Shown piece after piece: positions 10,287-20,813 of a DNA stretch of 64,000 nt. The DNA lies in assembly GCA_038870975.1 (NCBI GenBank), contig JAVZJD010000001.1, positions 128,001 to 192,000 of the forward strand, read 5' to 3'. Positions within the stretch are counted from its first letter, which is position 1. Every line of letters starts with the position of its first letter. The notes under the pieces are model-generated. The model was given only the letters and a program-made list of their open reading frames with translations. It had not been told where the DNA came from and ran no database searches. A program made the position numbers and the translations under genes. The stretch comes from Candidatus Bathyarchaeia archaeon. Lineage in GTDB: Archaea; Thermoproteota; CALKCG01; B24.

Positions 10287-10541
10287 ATGAGCGCACAACA
10301 AAAAGTTAAACTTGATATATTTCGTCATGAGCTTGTTCCTAAACACAGCATATTAGTTAAAGATGAAGTAGATGAGCTTCTAAGAAGATATCATATTGAG
10401 AAGTATCAGCTCCCTAGGATTAGAGTTCGAGACCCTGCCGCCGTGCTCATAGGCGCTAAACCTGGAGATGTAATCAGAATTGTCAGAAGAAGTCCCACAG
10501 CTGGACTATCTGTATATTATAGATTTGTTGTAGGTGGTTAA
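10287..10541 (+). CDS. rpoH: RNA polymerase subunit Rpo5 (H)
   Basis: HELVPKH, QLPRI, DPA, GDVIRIVRRSPTAG, YYR. Confidence 0.97.
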   Translation: MSAQQKVKLDIFRHELVPKHSILVKDEVDELLRRYHIEKYQLPRIRVRDPAAVLIGAKPGDVIRIVRRSPTAGLSVYYRFVVGG

Positions 10542-13500
10542 ATGTATACGCAAGAAGATATGTGGCTTTTAATGAAAGCCTTTTTCTTGGAAAAAGGCTT
10601 AGTTAGACAGCATTTAGACTCCTACAATGAATTTGTTGAGAAAGAGTTACAACAGATTGTAGATTCTATAGGTGGAGTTGAAATACCTATTAGTAATGGC
10701 AATCTCTATATTAAGTTTGGTGAAATTAGCATAGGTAATCCAAGAGTTACAGAAGTCGACGGTTCATCCCATGAAGTTTATCCGCTTGAATGCAGACTTA
10801 GAAATCTTACTTATGCTGCACCCCTCTTCCTAGAAATGACGCCAATACTAAACGGTAAGACCATAACTACGGACACTGTTTACATTGGTGATTTGCCAGT
10901 CATGCTTAAATCTGAAATCTGTCCATTAAGTAGAATGACTAGAGAAGAGCTTTTGGAAGTCGGTGAGGACCCAGACGACCCAGGCGGCTACTTTATAATA
11001 AACGGCTCTGAGAGACTTATTGTAGGTCTTGAGGATCTTGCTCCTAACAAGGTCATTGTAGACATTGATAGAAGTACTTCTAGGTTTGTCTATAGAGCTA
11101 AAGTTTTCTCTACAACCGTTGGCTTTAGAACAAGAGTTGAAATCAAACTCAAACCTGATGGAGCTATATACGTTTCAATACCTGGTGTGTCAGTAGAACT
11201 TCCATTTGTAGTTTTAATGAAGGCTCTTGGAGTTGAAAAAGACAGTGAAATCGCGGAAATGGTTTCGCCAGACCCCACGATTATAGAGCAACTTGAACCC
11301 TCATTTGATAAAGCTCCTAAAATTGACACCACTGAAAAAGCCATAATTTTCATAGGAAACAAAATCGCCTATGGACAAGAGGAGGCGCGTAGGATACAGA
11401 GGGCTAATTCAATACTCGATAATAACCTGTTTCTACATTTAGGCACATCTCCTGAATCTAGACTCATCAAAGCCAGATACATGGCTGAGATAGCTTGTAG
11501 ACTTATAGAGCTTAAACTCGGCCTCAGAGCAGAGGATGATAAAGACCATTACGCCAATAAGCGTATTAGACTTTCAGGCCCCTTACTCGCAGACCTATTT
11601 AGATCCATATTTCGAGATATGATTAAGGATATGAGTTACCAACTTGAACGTCTATCCACTAAGAAGCTTGTAAACGAATCTATTAAATTAGCCATTAGAC
11701 CCGGCATTCTAACGGAGAGGCTACAACATGCTATCGCTACAGGCAACTGGGGGAGGAATAGAGTCGGCATCAGCCAACTTGTGGATAGAACGAATATACT
11801 TTCAACACTCAGCCATTTACGCAGACTACAATCTCCATTAAGTAGAAGTCAACCAAACTTTGAAGCTAGAGAGTTGCATTCAACACATTTCGGGAGATTG
11901 TGTCCTGTTGAGACTCCAGAGGGCTCAAACTGTGGCCTTGTCAAGAACTTGGCTCTCATGGCTACTATATCCGTCTCGGCTGATGTAAGTACCGTTTCTA
12001 AGGTTTTAGAAGGTCTGGGATGTATCCCGGTTGAAAATGCTGATAGGGAAACTCGTATTAAAGGTGTGAAAGTCTATGTTAATGGAACTTTAAGCTTCTA
12101 CACTTTGAAGCCTGAAAAGCTTGTAAAAGATTTCATACGGTATAGACGTAGAGGGCGCGTAAGTACAGAGGTAAACATAGCATATCTTAAGGCTAAGAAC
12201 GAAGTCCAAGTTAACTGTGATGCCGGTAGATGTAGGAGGCCTCTGATAGTAGTTGAAAATGGTGTTCCGCTCCTTAAACGCGAACATCTAAACAATTTGA
12301 AAAAAGGATTATTAAAATGGGAAGACTTAGTAAAGATGGGTGTTATAGAGTATTTAGACGCTGAAGAAGAGGAGAACGCCTACATAGCCATGAGAATCGA
12401 AGACATTAAACCTGAAACCACTCATTTAGAGATTTGTCCATACACCATGCTTGGGATTTGCGGTTCAATCATTCCTTTTGCTGAACATAATCATTCACCC
12501 AGAAACAGCTACGAAGCAGCTATGGCAAAACAAGCCATAGGTGTATATGCAATAAACTACTTTCTGAGGATGGATTCTAGAGCACACTTTCTACATTATC
12601 CTCAGAGACCCCTAGTGGAGACTAAGTCTATGGAAATTATGGGCTTCCATAAAAGACCAACTGGCCAGAATATGGTGGTTGCCATCTTGACAATGGGTGG
12701 ATACAATATGGAGGATGCTATAATATTCAATAAACATTCTATAGAGAGGGGATTAGCAAGGTCTTCATTCTTTCAACTCTATGAAGCCGAGTGCTACCAG
12801 TACATGGGAGGGGAGAAAGATACAATAGAAATACCATCTAGCGGAATGAGAGGCTACATGGGTGAGGAATACTATAGGGTTTTAGAGGAGGATGGAATGG
12901 CTAGCGTTGAAAGTGAAGTCCAAGGTGGTGATGTCCTAATTGGTAGGACAAGCCCACCTAGATTCATAGAGGAGTATAGAGAGTTAGAAGCTAAAGGACC
13001 GTCTAGAAGAGATACCTCAGTAACGTTACGACCCTCTACACGAGGAATTGTAGACACTGTTATACTAACTGAAAATTCTCAGGGCAATAGAATAGTTAAA
13101 GTGAAAGTTAGAAGCAATAGGGTACCCGAGATAGGGGATAAGTTTGCTTCTAGACATGGCCAGAAAGGTGTCATAGGAATGATATACCCATCTGAAGATA
13201 TGCCTTTCACAGAAGATGGGGTTGTCCCCGACGTTATCATAAATCCGCATGCTTTTCCATCTAGGATGACTGTAGGTCAGCTTTTAGAGTCATTATTCGG
13301 TAAAGCTGCCGCTCTCACAGGTAGACCCATAGACGGTTCTGCATTCCAAGAGGAAAAAGTTGAAGATGTTGAATCTGTGTTGAAACGTTATGGATTCGAG
13401 CCTACAGGCAAAGAAATCATGTACAGTGGGTTAACTGGTGAAAAACTCGAGGCTAAGGTATACATAGGTATTGTCTATTACCAAAGACTACACCATATGG

Positions 13501-13871
13501 TAGCCGATAAAATCCATGCTAGAGCTAGAGGACAAGTTCAAATGCTCACAAGACAACCAACAGAAGGTAGAGCGAGGGGGGGTGGATTGAGATTTGGAGA
13601 AATGGAGAGAGATTGTTTAATAGGCTATGGTGCTGCAATGCTCATTAAAGATAGAATGTTAGAGGAATCGGATAAATTTACGGCATATGTTTGCGGAAAA
13701 TGTGGACTTTTAGCCTACTATGACTCTAAGACCAGTAGGTATATTTGTAGGATCTGCGGAGATGACGCTAAAATCTATCCAATAGTTATGCCCTACGCAT
13801 TCAAACTTCTCCTTCAGGAGCTTATGAGTATGTGCGTTGCTCCTCGGATCGTAGTAGAGGAGGGGATTTAA
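10542..13871 (+). CDS. rpoB: RNA polymerase subunit Rpo2 (B, unsplit)
   Basis: GYFIINGSE, CPVETPEG, GDKFASRHGQKG, GLRFGEMERD and a C-terminal Zn finger. Confidence 0.99.
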   Translation: MYTQEDMWLLMKAFFLEKGLVRQHLDSYNEFVEKELQQIVDSIGGVEIPISNGNLYIKFGEISIGNPRVTEVDGSSHEVYPLECRLRNLTYAAPLFLEMTPILNGKTITTDTVYIGDLPVMLKSEICPLSRMTREELLEVGEDPDDPGGYFIINGSERLIVGLEDLAPNKVIVDIDRSTSRFVYRAKVFSTTVGFRTRVEIKLKPDGAIYVSIPGVSVELPFVVLMKALGVEKDSEIAEMVSPDPTIIEQLEPSFDKAPKIDTTEKAIIFIGNKIAYGQEEARRIQRANSILDNNLFLHLGTSPESRLIKARYMAEIACRLIELKLGLRAEDDKDHYANKRIRLSGPLLADLFRSIFRDMIKDMSYQLERLSTKKLVNESIKLAIRPGILTERLQHAIATGNWGRNRVGISQLVDRTNILSTLSHLRRLQSPLSRSQPNFEARELHSTHFGRLCPVETPEGSNCGLVKNLALMATISVSADVSTVSKVLEGLGCIPVENADRETRIKGVKVYVNGTLSFYTLKPEKLVKDFIRYRRRGRVSTEVNIAYLKAKNEVQVNCDAGRCRRPLIVVENGVPLLKREHLNNLKKGLLKWEDLVKMGVIEYLDAEEEENAYIAMRIEDIKPETTHLEICPYTMLGICGSIIPFAEHNHSPRNSYEAAMAKQAIGVYAINYFLRMDSRAHFLHYPQRPLVETKSMEIMGFHKRPTGQNMVVAILTMGGYNMEDAIIFNKHSIERGLARSSFFQLYEAECYQYMGGEKDTIEIPSSGMRGYMGEEYYRVLEEDGMASVESEVQGGDVLIGRTSPPRFIEEYRELEAKGPSRRDTSVTLRPSTRGIVDTVILTENSQGNRIVKVKVRSNRVPEIGDKFASRHGQKGVIGMIYPSEDMPFTEDGVVPDVIINPHAFPSRMTVGQLLESLFGKAAALTGRPIDGSAFQEEKVEDVESVLKRYGFEPTGKEIMYSGLTGEKLEAKVYIGIVYYQRLHHMVADKIHARARGQVQMLTRQPTEGRARGGGLRFGEMERDCLIGYGAAMLIKDRMLEESDKFTAYVCGKCGLLAYYDSKTSRYICRICGDDAKIYPIVMPYAFKLLLQELMSMCVAPRIVVEEGI

Positions 13872-13872
13872 C

Positions 13873-16800
13873 ATGATTTTAGAGGCTTATAAAAACGTAA
13901 GTGGAATAAAATTCGGTCTATTATCACCACATGAAATTAGGAAAATGTCTGTTGTGGAGATTCGGACAGCTGACACATATGATGAGGATGGTTTACCCAT
14001 CCCAACTGGACTTATGGATAGCAGACTCGGCACTTTAGAACCTAGGCAGAAATGTGCAACATGTGGAAATACCGCAGCCTCATGTCCTGGGCATTTTGGC
14101 CATATTGAACTTGCAGTCCCCATAATTCACGTCGGTTTTGTAAAGTATATTCAAGAACTTCTAACGATAACCTGTAGAGAATGCGGTAGAATCCTTATAC
14201 CAATGGAGAAGATCGAAGAATTCCAGGGTAAAATAGAGCAACTTAAGAAGACAATGGGAGAAATCCCAAAAGATTTTTCCGATAGCATTAAAAAAGAGGC
14301 TAGGAAGAGGTCAGAGTGCCCTCACTGTGGGGCTACACAGTACCGTATAGAGCTCGTAAAACCCACTTCTTTTTATGAATATCCAATAGAAGGAGGAGCT
14401 GTAAGACTTGACCCAGGCGTCATAAGAAGTAGACTTGAAAGGATACCTGACGAGGATCTTAAACTCTTAGGGTATGATCCATCCTTAGCACGACCAGAAT
14501 GGGCGATCCTCCAAGTGCTTCCAGTTCCACCTGTCTATGTTAGACCATCTATAACGCTTGAGACAGGCATAAGATCAGAGGATGATTTAACGCATAAACT
14601 TGTGGACATCATACGTATAAATGAAAGGCTTAAAGAGGCTATTTCAAGTGGAGCGCCTACCGTTATAAGGGAGGAGCTCTCAGACCTTCTCCAATACCAT
14701 GTAACTACTTACATAGATAATGAAACTTCGGGAATCCCTCCATCTAGGCATAGGTCTGGTAGAGCACTTAAAACTTTAAGTCAGAGGCTCAAGGGAAAAG
14801 AGGGGAGGTTTAGACTAAACCTCACTGGTAAAAGAGTTGATTTCTCAGCTAGAACTGTCATATCTCCCGACCCATGCTTAAGTATAGACGAAGTGGGGGT
14901 TCCAATAGATATAGCCAAGAAGCTCACAGTTTCAGAAAGAGTTACTCCTTGGAATATAGAAGAAATGAAGAAGCTTGTCATTAACGGTCCAGATAACTAT
15001 CCTGGAGCATTATACGTAATTAGACCTGACGGAAGGAAAATTAGACTCGATTTCGTAACTGATAGAAGCAAGTTGGCAGATGAGCTTCAAGTCGGCTATA
15101 TTATTGAACGACATATCAGGGATGGCGATATTGCATTATTCAACCGACAGCCATCACTTCATAGAATATCGATAATGGCTCATAGAGTTAAAGTTCTACC
15201 TTACAAGACGTTTAGACTTCACTTAGCGGTATGCATACCATACAACGCTGACTTCGACGGAGATGAGATGAATCTTCATATCCCTCAGAGTGAAGAAGCC
15301 AGATCTGAAGCGCGTTTACTCATGCAAGTTCAAGATCAAATAATATCACCAAGATATGGGGCGCCTATAATAGGCTCAACTAGAGATTTTCTGACAGCGG
15401 CGTATCTTCTTACCCAGAGAGATACGTATGTCAACAGGGAGCAGCTTTATACTCTTCTAGCTGCCATAGATTATGATGGTGAGATACCACCACCAGCTAA
15501 GAAAGAACCAGAACCACTGTGGAGTGGAAAACAAGTCTTCAGCTTACTTCTACCTAAGGATTTTAACTACTTTGGAAAAGCGGCTGTGTGTAAGCATAAG
15601 CATACATCTCCAGATGAAGACTGCCCACTAGAGGGTGTAGTTGTCGTCAGGAATGGGCAATTGATTAAGGGGGTTATAGATAAGAACTCCATAGGAGCTG
15701 AAAAAGCTGAGACATTGTATCATAGGATAGTTAGAGATTACGGCACGGCTTTTGCAGCCGATTTTCTGAATAAACTATGCCGACTGCTGAACACTTTTAT
15801 AACGATTAGAGGATTTAGCTTTTCTCTAGATGAACTTAGTTTACCCGACGATGCTAAGGAAGCTATACGGCAAGTTATAGAAGAGGCTGAAGAAGCGGTT
15901 CACCAGTTAATAAGTGAATATCGGAAAGGCACGTTAAGGAGGATACCTGGAAAGACTCTGGAGGAATCTCTTGAAATACTTATAATGAACGAACTTTCTA
16001 AAGCTAGAGACCGTTGCGATGAGATAGCTTCATCTTCATTAAGTTTAGACAATCAAGGCATAATTATGGTTAAATGCGGGGCGAGAGGCTCAGAACTTAA
16101 TATTGGCCATATGACTGCCTGTCTTAGCCAACAGTCAGTGAGAGGAAGGAGAATCCCATGTGGATTAATTGAAAGAGCCCTACCCCACTTTAAGTGGGGT
16201 GATCAAAGCCCAAGAGCCAGAGGATTTATAGCGTCATCTTTCTATAAAGGTTTATCCCCAATAGAGTTCTTCTTCCACTCTATGGCGGGTAGGGAGGGAT
16301 TAATCGACACAGCCGTTAGAACTCAGCAGAGTGGTTATATGCAGAGAAGACTTATTCATGCGCTAGAATTTCTGAGGGTTGAGTACGATGGGACTGTTAG
16401 AACAACAGATGGGGAAATAATACAATTTAAGTATGGTGAAGATGGGGTAGATCCATCTAAGAGCGACCATGGTAAAGCTGTAAACCTGCAACGTCTCTTG
16501 GAAAGAATGAATATCAAAGAGGGGGTTGCTCCTCTTAAACTTAGCGAGATTAATGAGATTTTAAATAGATATCGTAGTAGACTTACGCATTTCTACATTT
16601 CCAGTCTCAGAAAGCTGATACGCGATAAGCACTTAACCAGAGAAGACGCTATTAGACTCGTAGAAGCTACTGTAGAAGAATTCGAAAAGTCTCAAGTAGA
16701 CCCTGGAGAAGCGGTTGGAGTTGTAGCTGCTCAATCTATAGGTGAACCAGGTACTCAAATGACTCTTAGAGTGTTCCACTTTGCGGGTGTCAGAGAAAGA

Positions 16801-17703
16801 GATGTAACTCTAGGGCTACCTAGGCTTCTTGAAATTGTTGACGCTAGGAAAAATCCTTCAACTCCAATAATGACGATAAGGCTCGATGAAGAACACAGAG
16901 CTGATAGAGATAAAGCTTTAAAAGTAGCCCAATCTCTCACCTATACTACTATAGGCGACTTAACGGCTAAAGGAGAATATAGAATAGACTTGGAAGAGGG
17001 GGTCATCAGGATTAAAATAGATAGGTCTATCATGGAAAACAGAGGGGTAACAGTCGAAGACTTGGAGAATTTAACAGTTGCTAATGCGACGTTAGAATTT
17101 TCCGGCGATGAACTCATAATTAAACCCAAATCCACAACGGATATTTTATGGCTAAAGAGACTTATTAGTAGAGTTATGAAACTTGGTGTAAAAGGAATAC
17201 CGGGAATAAATAGAGTGCAAGTTGTTATGGAAGGTGATGAGTGGGTTATCCAAGCAGATGGGTCAAACCTGAGCAGAGTTATCCAAGTTCCGGGCGTAGA
17301 TCCAGCTAGGACATTAACTAATAATATATATGAAATCTATGAGACGCTAGGTATCGAAGCCGCAAGAAATGCAATTATAAGGGAGGCTAAGGATGTTTTC
17401 GAAGGTATAGGTGGTGGTTTAGACCTTGACATTAGACATCTCATGCTTGTAGCAGACGTCATGACAGCTACAGGTAGGATACGTCAAGTTGGTAGACACG
17501 GTGTAACTGGCGAAAAATCGAGTGCACTGGCTAGAGCAGCGTTTGAAATAACTGTTTCAAGTATTATAGATGCCGCAGTGAGAGGTGCTGAAGACACACT
17601 TAAAGGTGTTACGGAGAATATTATAGCTGGGCAAAATATGAAAGTCGGAACGGGAATAGTGGATATTTATATGACCCCAAACCCGCCTCCGGGTGGTGAG
17701 TGA
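13873..17703 (+). CDS. rpoA: RNA polymerase subunit Rpo1, fused A'+A''
   Basis: CPGHFGH and catalytic NADFDGD, continuing in one frame into the A'' motifs GEAVG, AQSIGEPGTQMT and LARAAFE. Confidence 0.98.
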   Translation: MILEAYKNVSGIKFGLLSPHEIRKMSVVEIRTADTYDEDGLPIPTGLMDSRLGTLEPRQKCATCGNTAASCPGHFGHIELAVPIIHVGFVKYIQELLTITCRECGRILIPMEKIEEFQGKIEQLKKTMGEIPKDFSDSIKKEARKRSECPHCGATQYRIELVKPTSFYEYPIEGGAVRLDPGVIRSRLERIPDEDLKLLGYDPSLARPEWAILQVLPVPPVYVRPSITLETGIRSEDDLTHKLVDIIRINERLKEAISSGAPTVIREELSDLLQYHVTTYIDNETSGIPPSRHRSGRALKTLSQRLKGKEGRFRLNLTGKRVDFSARTVISPDPCLSIDEVGVPIDIAKKLTVSERVTPWNIEEMKKLVINGPDNYPGALYVIRPDGRKIRLDFVTDRSKLADELQVGYIIERHIRDGDIALFNRQPSLHRISIMAHRVKVLPYKTFRLHLAVCIPYNADFDGDEMNLHIPQSEEARSEARLLMQVQDQIISPRYGAPIIGSTRDFLTAAYLLTQRDTYVNREQLYTLLAAIDYDGEIPPPAKKEPEPLWSGKQVFSLLLPKDFNYFGKAAVCKHKHTSPDEDCPLEGVVVVRNGQLIKGVIDKNSIGAEKAETLYHRIVRDYGTAFAADFLNKLCRLLNTFITIRGFSFSLDELSLPDDAKEAIRQVIEEAEEAVHQLISEYRKGTLRRIPGKTLEESLEILIMNELSKARDRCDEIASSSLSLDNQGIIMVKCGARGSELNIGHMTACLSQQSVRGRRIPCGLIERALPHFKWGDQSPRARGFIASSFYKGLSPIEFFFHSMAGREGLIDTAVRTQQSGYMQRRLIHALEFLRVEYDGTVRTTDGEIIQFKYGEDGVDPSKSDHGKAVNLQRLLERMNIKEGVAPLKLSEINEILNRYRSRLTHFYISSLRKLIRDKHLTREDAIRLVEATVEEFEKSQVDPGEAVGVVAAQSIGEPGTQMTLRVFHFAGVRERDVTLGLPRLLEIVDARKNPSTPIMTIRLDEEHRADRDKALKVAQSLTYTTIGDLTAKGEYRIDLEEGVIRIKIDRSIMENRGVTVEDLENLTVANATLEFSGDELIIKPKSTTDILWLKRLISRVMKLGVKGIPGINRVQVVMEGDEWVIQADGSNLSRVIQVPGVDPARTLTNNIYEIYETLGIEAARNAIIREAKDVFEGIGGGLDLDIRHLMLVADVMTATGRIRQVGRHGVTGEKSSALARAAFEITVSSIIDAAVRGAEDTLKGVTENIIAGQNMKVGTGIVDIYMTPNPPPGGE

Positions 17704-18013
17704 AACGATAAACGTAGATAAAGCCATATATAGTGCTGTAAAAACGGGGAAAGTTGTATTAGGCTCTAAGAGGACGCTTAATCTTCTCAAGATGGGGAAA
17801 ACTAAACTCGTTGTGGTCGCATCGAATATTCCAAAAGATTTAAGAGAAGTTATTGATTACTATACTAAGCTGACGTCAATACCAGTTTACACGTATAAAG
17901 GCACTAGCATAGAATTGGGACGCTTATGTGGTAAGCCGTTCCCCATCATGATGATCGCCGTTAGAGACCCGGGAGATTCAAATATAATGGAGTTGGTGAA
18001 GCATGAAGAGTGA
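17693..18013 (+). CDS. rpl30e: Ribosomal protein L30e
   Basis: KTGKVVLG, ELGRLCGKPF, DPGDSNI. Canonical position after rpoA. Confidence 0.97.
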   Translation: MVSETINVDKAIYSAVKTGKVVLGSKRTLNLLKMGKTKLVVVASNIPKDLREVIDYYTKLTSIPVYTYKGTSIELGRLCGKPFPIMMIAVRDPGDSNIMELVKHEE

Positions 18014-18443
18014 TAGTATTAGACTTACGGCTGAGGAAATGGGCCTAATAAACGTAGTTGAAAGTTTAACCGGAGCTAAGTGTAGAGATTGTCTGATAGA
18101 TTCTAGTAACGGTAAAGTCACGTTTATAGTTGAAGAAGGGGACTTAAGACTTGCTTTAGGTAAGAAGGGTTCCAACGTTAGACTCCTACGGAGACTTCTT
18201 AAACGTGACGTAGAGTTTATAGAGTATTCTTCAATCCCCGAAGTTTTCATAGCTAAATCACTTACACCTGCTAGAATTAGAGAAGTCAGAATAACAGAGA
18301 AGCCTAACGGTGAGAAATTGGCGGTAATAACCGTTGAGCCTAAGGATAAGGGTCTCGCCATAGGTAAAAACGGTAGAGTTATAGAGAGAACTAGAAAGTT
18401 GGCTCGGCGGTACTTCAACATAAGCCATGTTATAGTGGTGTAG
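18003..18443 (+). CDS. nusA: Archaeal NusA (two KH domains)
   Basis: ALGKKG and AIGKNG KH loops. Canonical position. Confidence 0.95.
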   Translation: MKSDSIRLTAEEMGLINVVESLTGAKCRDCLIDSSNGKVTFIVEEGDLRLALGKKGSNVRLLRRLLKRDVEFIEYSSIPEVFIAKSLTPARIREVRITEKPNGEKLAVITVEPKDKGLAIGKNGRVIERTRKLARRYFNISHVIVV

Positions 18444-18564
18444 GCGAGCGATTAATCTAAACCCAACCGCAATATTCTATCGGCTTCTCCTTTAAAGTCG
18501 AATTGGAAAACCAATAAGGACATTTAAACTTTAAATAGTTGTTAAAGTAGTTATGCTATTCGCT

Positions 18565-18990
18565 ATGCCTGGTGAATTCGCCGCTAGATCGCTTAAAAAG
18601 AGGAGGAAAAAGTTTAGGTGGAGCTATAGGTATTATAAGCGTAAAATGCTTGGTTTAGATATAAAAGCAGACCCTCTTGAAGGGGCACCTATGGCAAGAG
18701 GCATAGTACTTGAAAAAGTAGGAGTCGAATCTAAGCAACCAAACTCGGCTATAAGAAAATGTGTCCGTGTCCAGCTTATAAAAAATGGGCGCGTTGTAAC
18801 CGCTTTCTTACCCGGTGATGGAGCCTTAAACTTCGTAGATGAGCATGATGAGGTTTTAATTGAGAGCATCGGAGGCACGAGAGGTAGATCCATGGGCGAC
18901 ATACCGGGTGTTAGATTTAAAGTTATAGCTGTTAATGGTGTTCCTCTAAATAGGCTTATAATTGGTAAGGCGCAAAAACCGACTAGGTGA
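18565..18990 (+). CDS. rps12: Ribosomal protein uS12
   Basis: [23 protein letters not shown] at 18565 preferred over the track's 18553. Confidence 0.97.
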   Translation: MPGEFAARSLKKRRKKFRWSYRYYKRKMLGLDIKADPLEGAPMARGIVLEKVGVESKQPNSAIRKCVRVQLIKNGRVVTAFLPGDGALNFVDEHDEVLIESIGGTRGRSMGDIPGVRFKVIAVNGVPLNRLIIGKAQKPTR

Positions 18991-19007
18991 TATTGGGAGG
19001 GGAGGCG

Positions 19008-19577
19008 ATGCCTGAAGAGGTCAGACTTTTCGGAAAATGGCCATATGATGGTATTGAAGTTAAAGACCCGAGTCTTAAATCGTACATATGCCTTAAACCA
19101 GTCCTATACCCTAGAACTGGTGGTCGACATGCACGTAAATCGTTTGCACGGATAAATACTCCCATCGTTGAGAGACTTGCAAATCAACTTATGCGTCCTG
19201 GTGAGAACGGCGGTTTGAAAGCGAAAGCTTTAAACATTGTGAGAAATGCATTTGAAATAATTAATCTTAAGACTGGAGAGAACCCACTTCAAGTTCTTAT
19301 CAAAGCTTTAGAGAATGCCGCTCCCTGTGAAGACGTTACACGCGTTGCCTATGGAGGTATAGTGTATCATAGAGCCGTCGATGTAGCTCCCTCTAGAAGG
19401 CTAGACTTAGCTTTAAGATCCATCGTGGACGGCGCTAGACTCAAAGCCTTTAGTAATCCTAAAACAATAGATGAGTGTTTAGCCGATGAGATAATAAACG
19501 CAGCTGAAGGTTCACAAGACTCATACGCAATACAGCGTAAAGATGAGCTTGAACGGATAGCATTAGCGTCAAGGTAG
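19008..19577 (+). CDS. rps7: Ribosomal protein uS7
   Basis: LFGKW, ENAAP, VDVAPSRR, C-terminal ERIALASR. ATG at 19008 follows GGAGG. Confidence 0.97.
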   Translation: MPEEVRLFGKWPYDGIEVKDPSLKSYICLKPVLYPRTGGRHARKSFARINTPIVERLANQLMRPGENGGLKAKALNIVRNAFEIINLKTGENPLQVLIKALENAAPCEDVTRVAYGGIVYHRAVDVAPSRRLDLALRSIVDGARLKAFSNPKTIDECLADEIINAAEGSQDSYAIQRKDELERIALASR

Positions 19578-19828
19578 TATGTCTTCAACTTTCTAACCCT
19601 CAGCGAAAGAAAATTCTCAAATGTATTTTTGAGAAACACCAAGTAGATAGTCTAAAGAAAGGATTAGAAGCGAAAACCTCAGACTGAACACATAAGCTAA
19701 AACTATTACAACCTCTTGGTAAAGCCCTCCAACAAAATCCCCATTTTTCCCTCTTAAGCCTCTTCTTAGAGGATGTCTGTTTGAGGCTTTATTTCTATTC
19801 CATGTAAGGGCATCCTCTACACGGTTCC

Positions 19829-20065
19829 GTATGTCCACGATGTGAGGGAGGAACCTCTGAAGTAGTAAAACTGAGGTGAGAACGGGAAGTCTTCTGCGAT
19901 AAATGCTTCGAAAGACTCTCCAATATGGAGTCTATTTTGGGCGATGCGAAGTCTAAGCTCACTATTACTGAGCCAGCTATTTTGAAAATTAGAGCAATAT
20001 TCGAAAAGTATGGAATTCTAGGTAAAGGCTATGTTGAAGAATCTCTATTTCAATCGGGAGCTTAG
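19829..20065 (+). pseudogene. Decayed Zn-finger ORF
   Basis: Frame reads VCPRCEGGTSEVVKLR*EREVFCDKCFERLS...GA*. It has paired CxxC motifs, an internal TGA at 19877-19879 and no usable start codon. Confidence 0.5.
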
Positions 20066-20122
20066 AAAGGTTTTAATGATTAAGGTTCAAGGGAGATTTC
20101 TAAAATGGAGCACGTGATAGTT

Positions 20123-20386
20123 ATGAAGGGAACTCTACGTTTTAATCTAAATAGACATAAACCTTGAGCATAAATCGCTTTTCGATAGGCTGAAACGTTG
20201 CATAGAATTTTGCGAGCGTATCTTCGAAGACCCGAGCCTGACTATACTACTAAGCTTAAAACCGCGGCTGTTTCAGCCCAGCTCGCCTCAAGGGCTTCGA
20301 AGGTCATAACGGAGATACAGCTGGAGGATATAGAGCGTAGAATCAAAGAAATTGAGGAAGTGGGAGATACACTTGAAAATCCATAA
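20123..20386 (+). pseudogene. Frameshifted small helical / coiled-coil ORF
   Basis: Joining three frames gives MKGTLRFNL/IDINLEHKSLFDRLKRCIEFCERIFEDPSL/DYTTKLKTAAVSAQLASRASKVITEIQLEDIERRIKEIEE. Only the last part appears in track ORF 20198..20386. Confidence 0.42.
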
Positions 20387-20404
20387 AAATTCATGTAAAT
20401 TAGA

Positions 20405-20607
20405 TGGAGGAAATATAGACCGAAACTGAACAAGGTTATGGATGCCCTCCTCCGACTCTTCTGCATGAGGTGCCTACGCATCAGAGGCGTTAGGCGGGGT
20501 TTAAAATGCTTCGGAATAAGTGTGGCGGATGCCTGGTTTTCAAGGCGCTTTCAGCTGTAAACCCTAGTCTGAAGAAGGTGAGGGTTGAGCTTAAGCAGTT
20601 GAAGTAG
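20405..20607 (+). pseudogene. Frameshifted Cys-rich basic ORF
   Basis: WRKYRPKLNKVMDALLRLFCMRCLRIRGVRRGLKCF then, in another frame, NKCGGCLVFKALSAVNPSLKKVRVELKQLK*. Confidence 0.33.
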
Positions 20608-20761
20608 ATGCGTAGGGCGGTGAGGAATATCTAAATTGGTTGAAGAATGCTTACGTAGAGGCTTTAACATGTAACTTTAAAAAGCCCACTATAGGCGTAT
20701 ACTATCCAAGCCTACCATTGTCATGCTTGCTCAAGTAGTATTAAAAACGAAAGTAAGTGGT

Positions 20762-20775
20762 AAAACTTTTTATAA
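20762..20775 (+). promoter_or_regulatory. Putative BRE/TATA promoter of tuf
   Basis: AAAACTTTTTATAA about 40 nt upstream of ATG, followed by SD-like AGGTGG. Confidence 0.55.
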
Positions 20776-20813
20776 CGGATACTTGAGTTAATCTTTAGAA
20801 AGGTGGTCATTGT

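Noticed and set aside
19877-19879. In-frame TGA as selenocysteine or read-through
   Set aside because: It is not at a Cys-motif position, the ORF lacks a start, neighbours are also disrupted, and no SECIS is evident. Decay is the simpler explanation.
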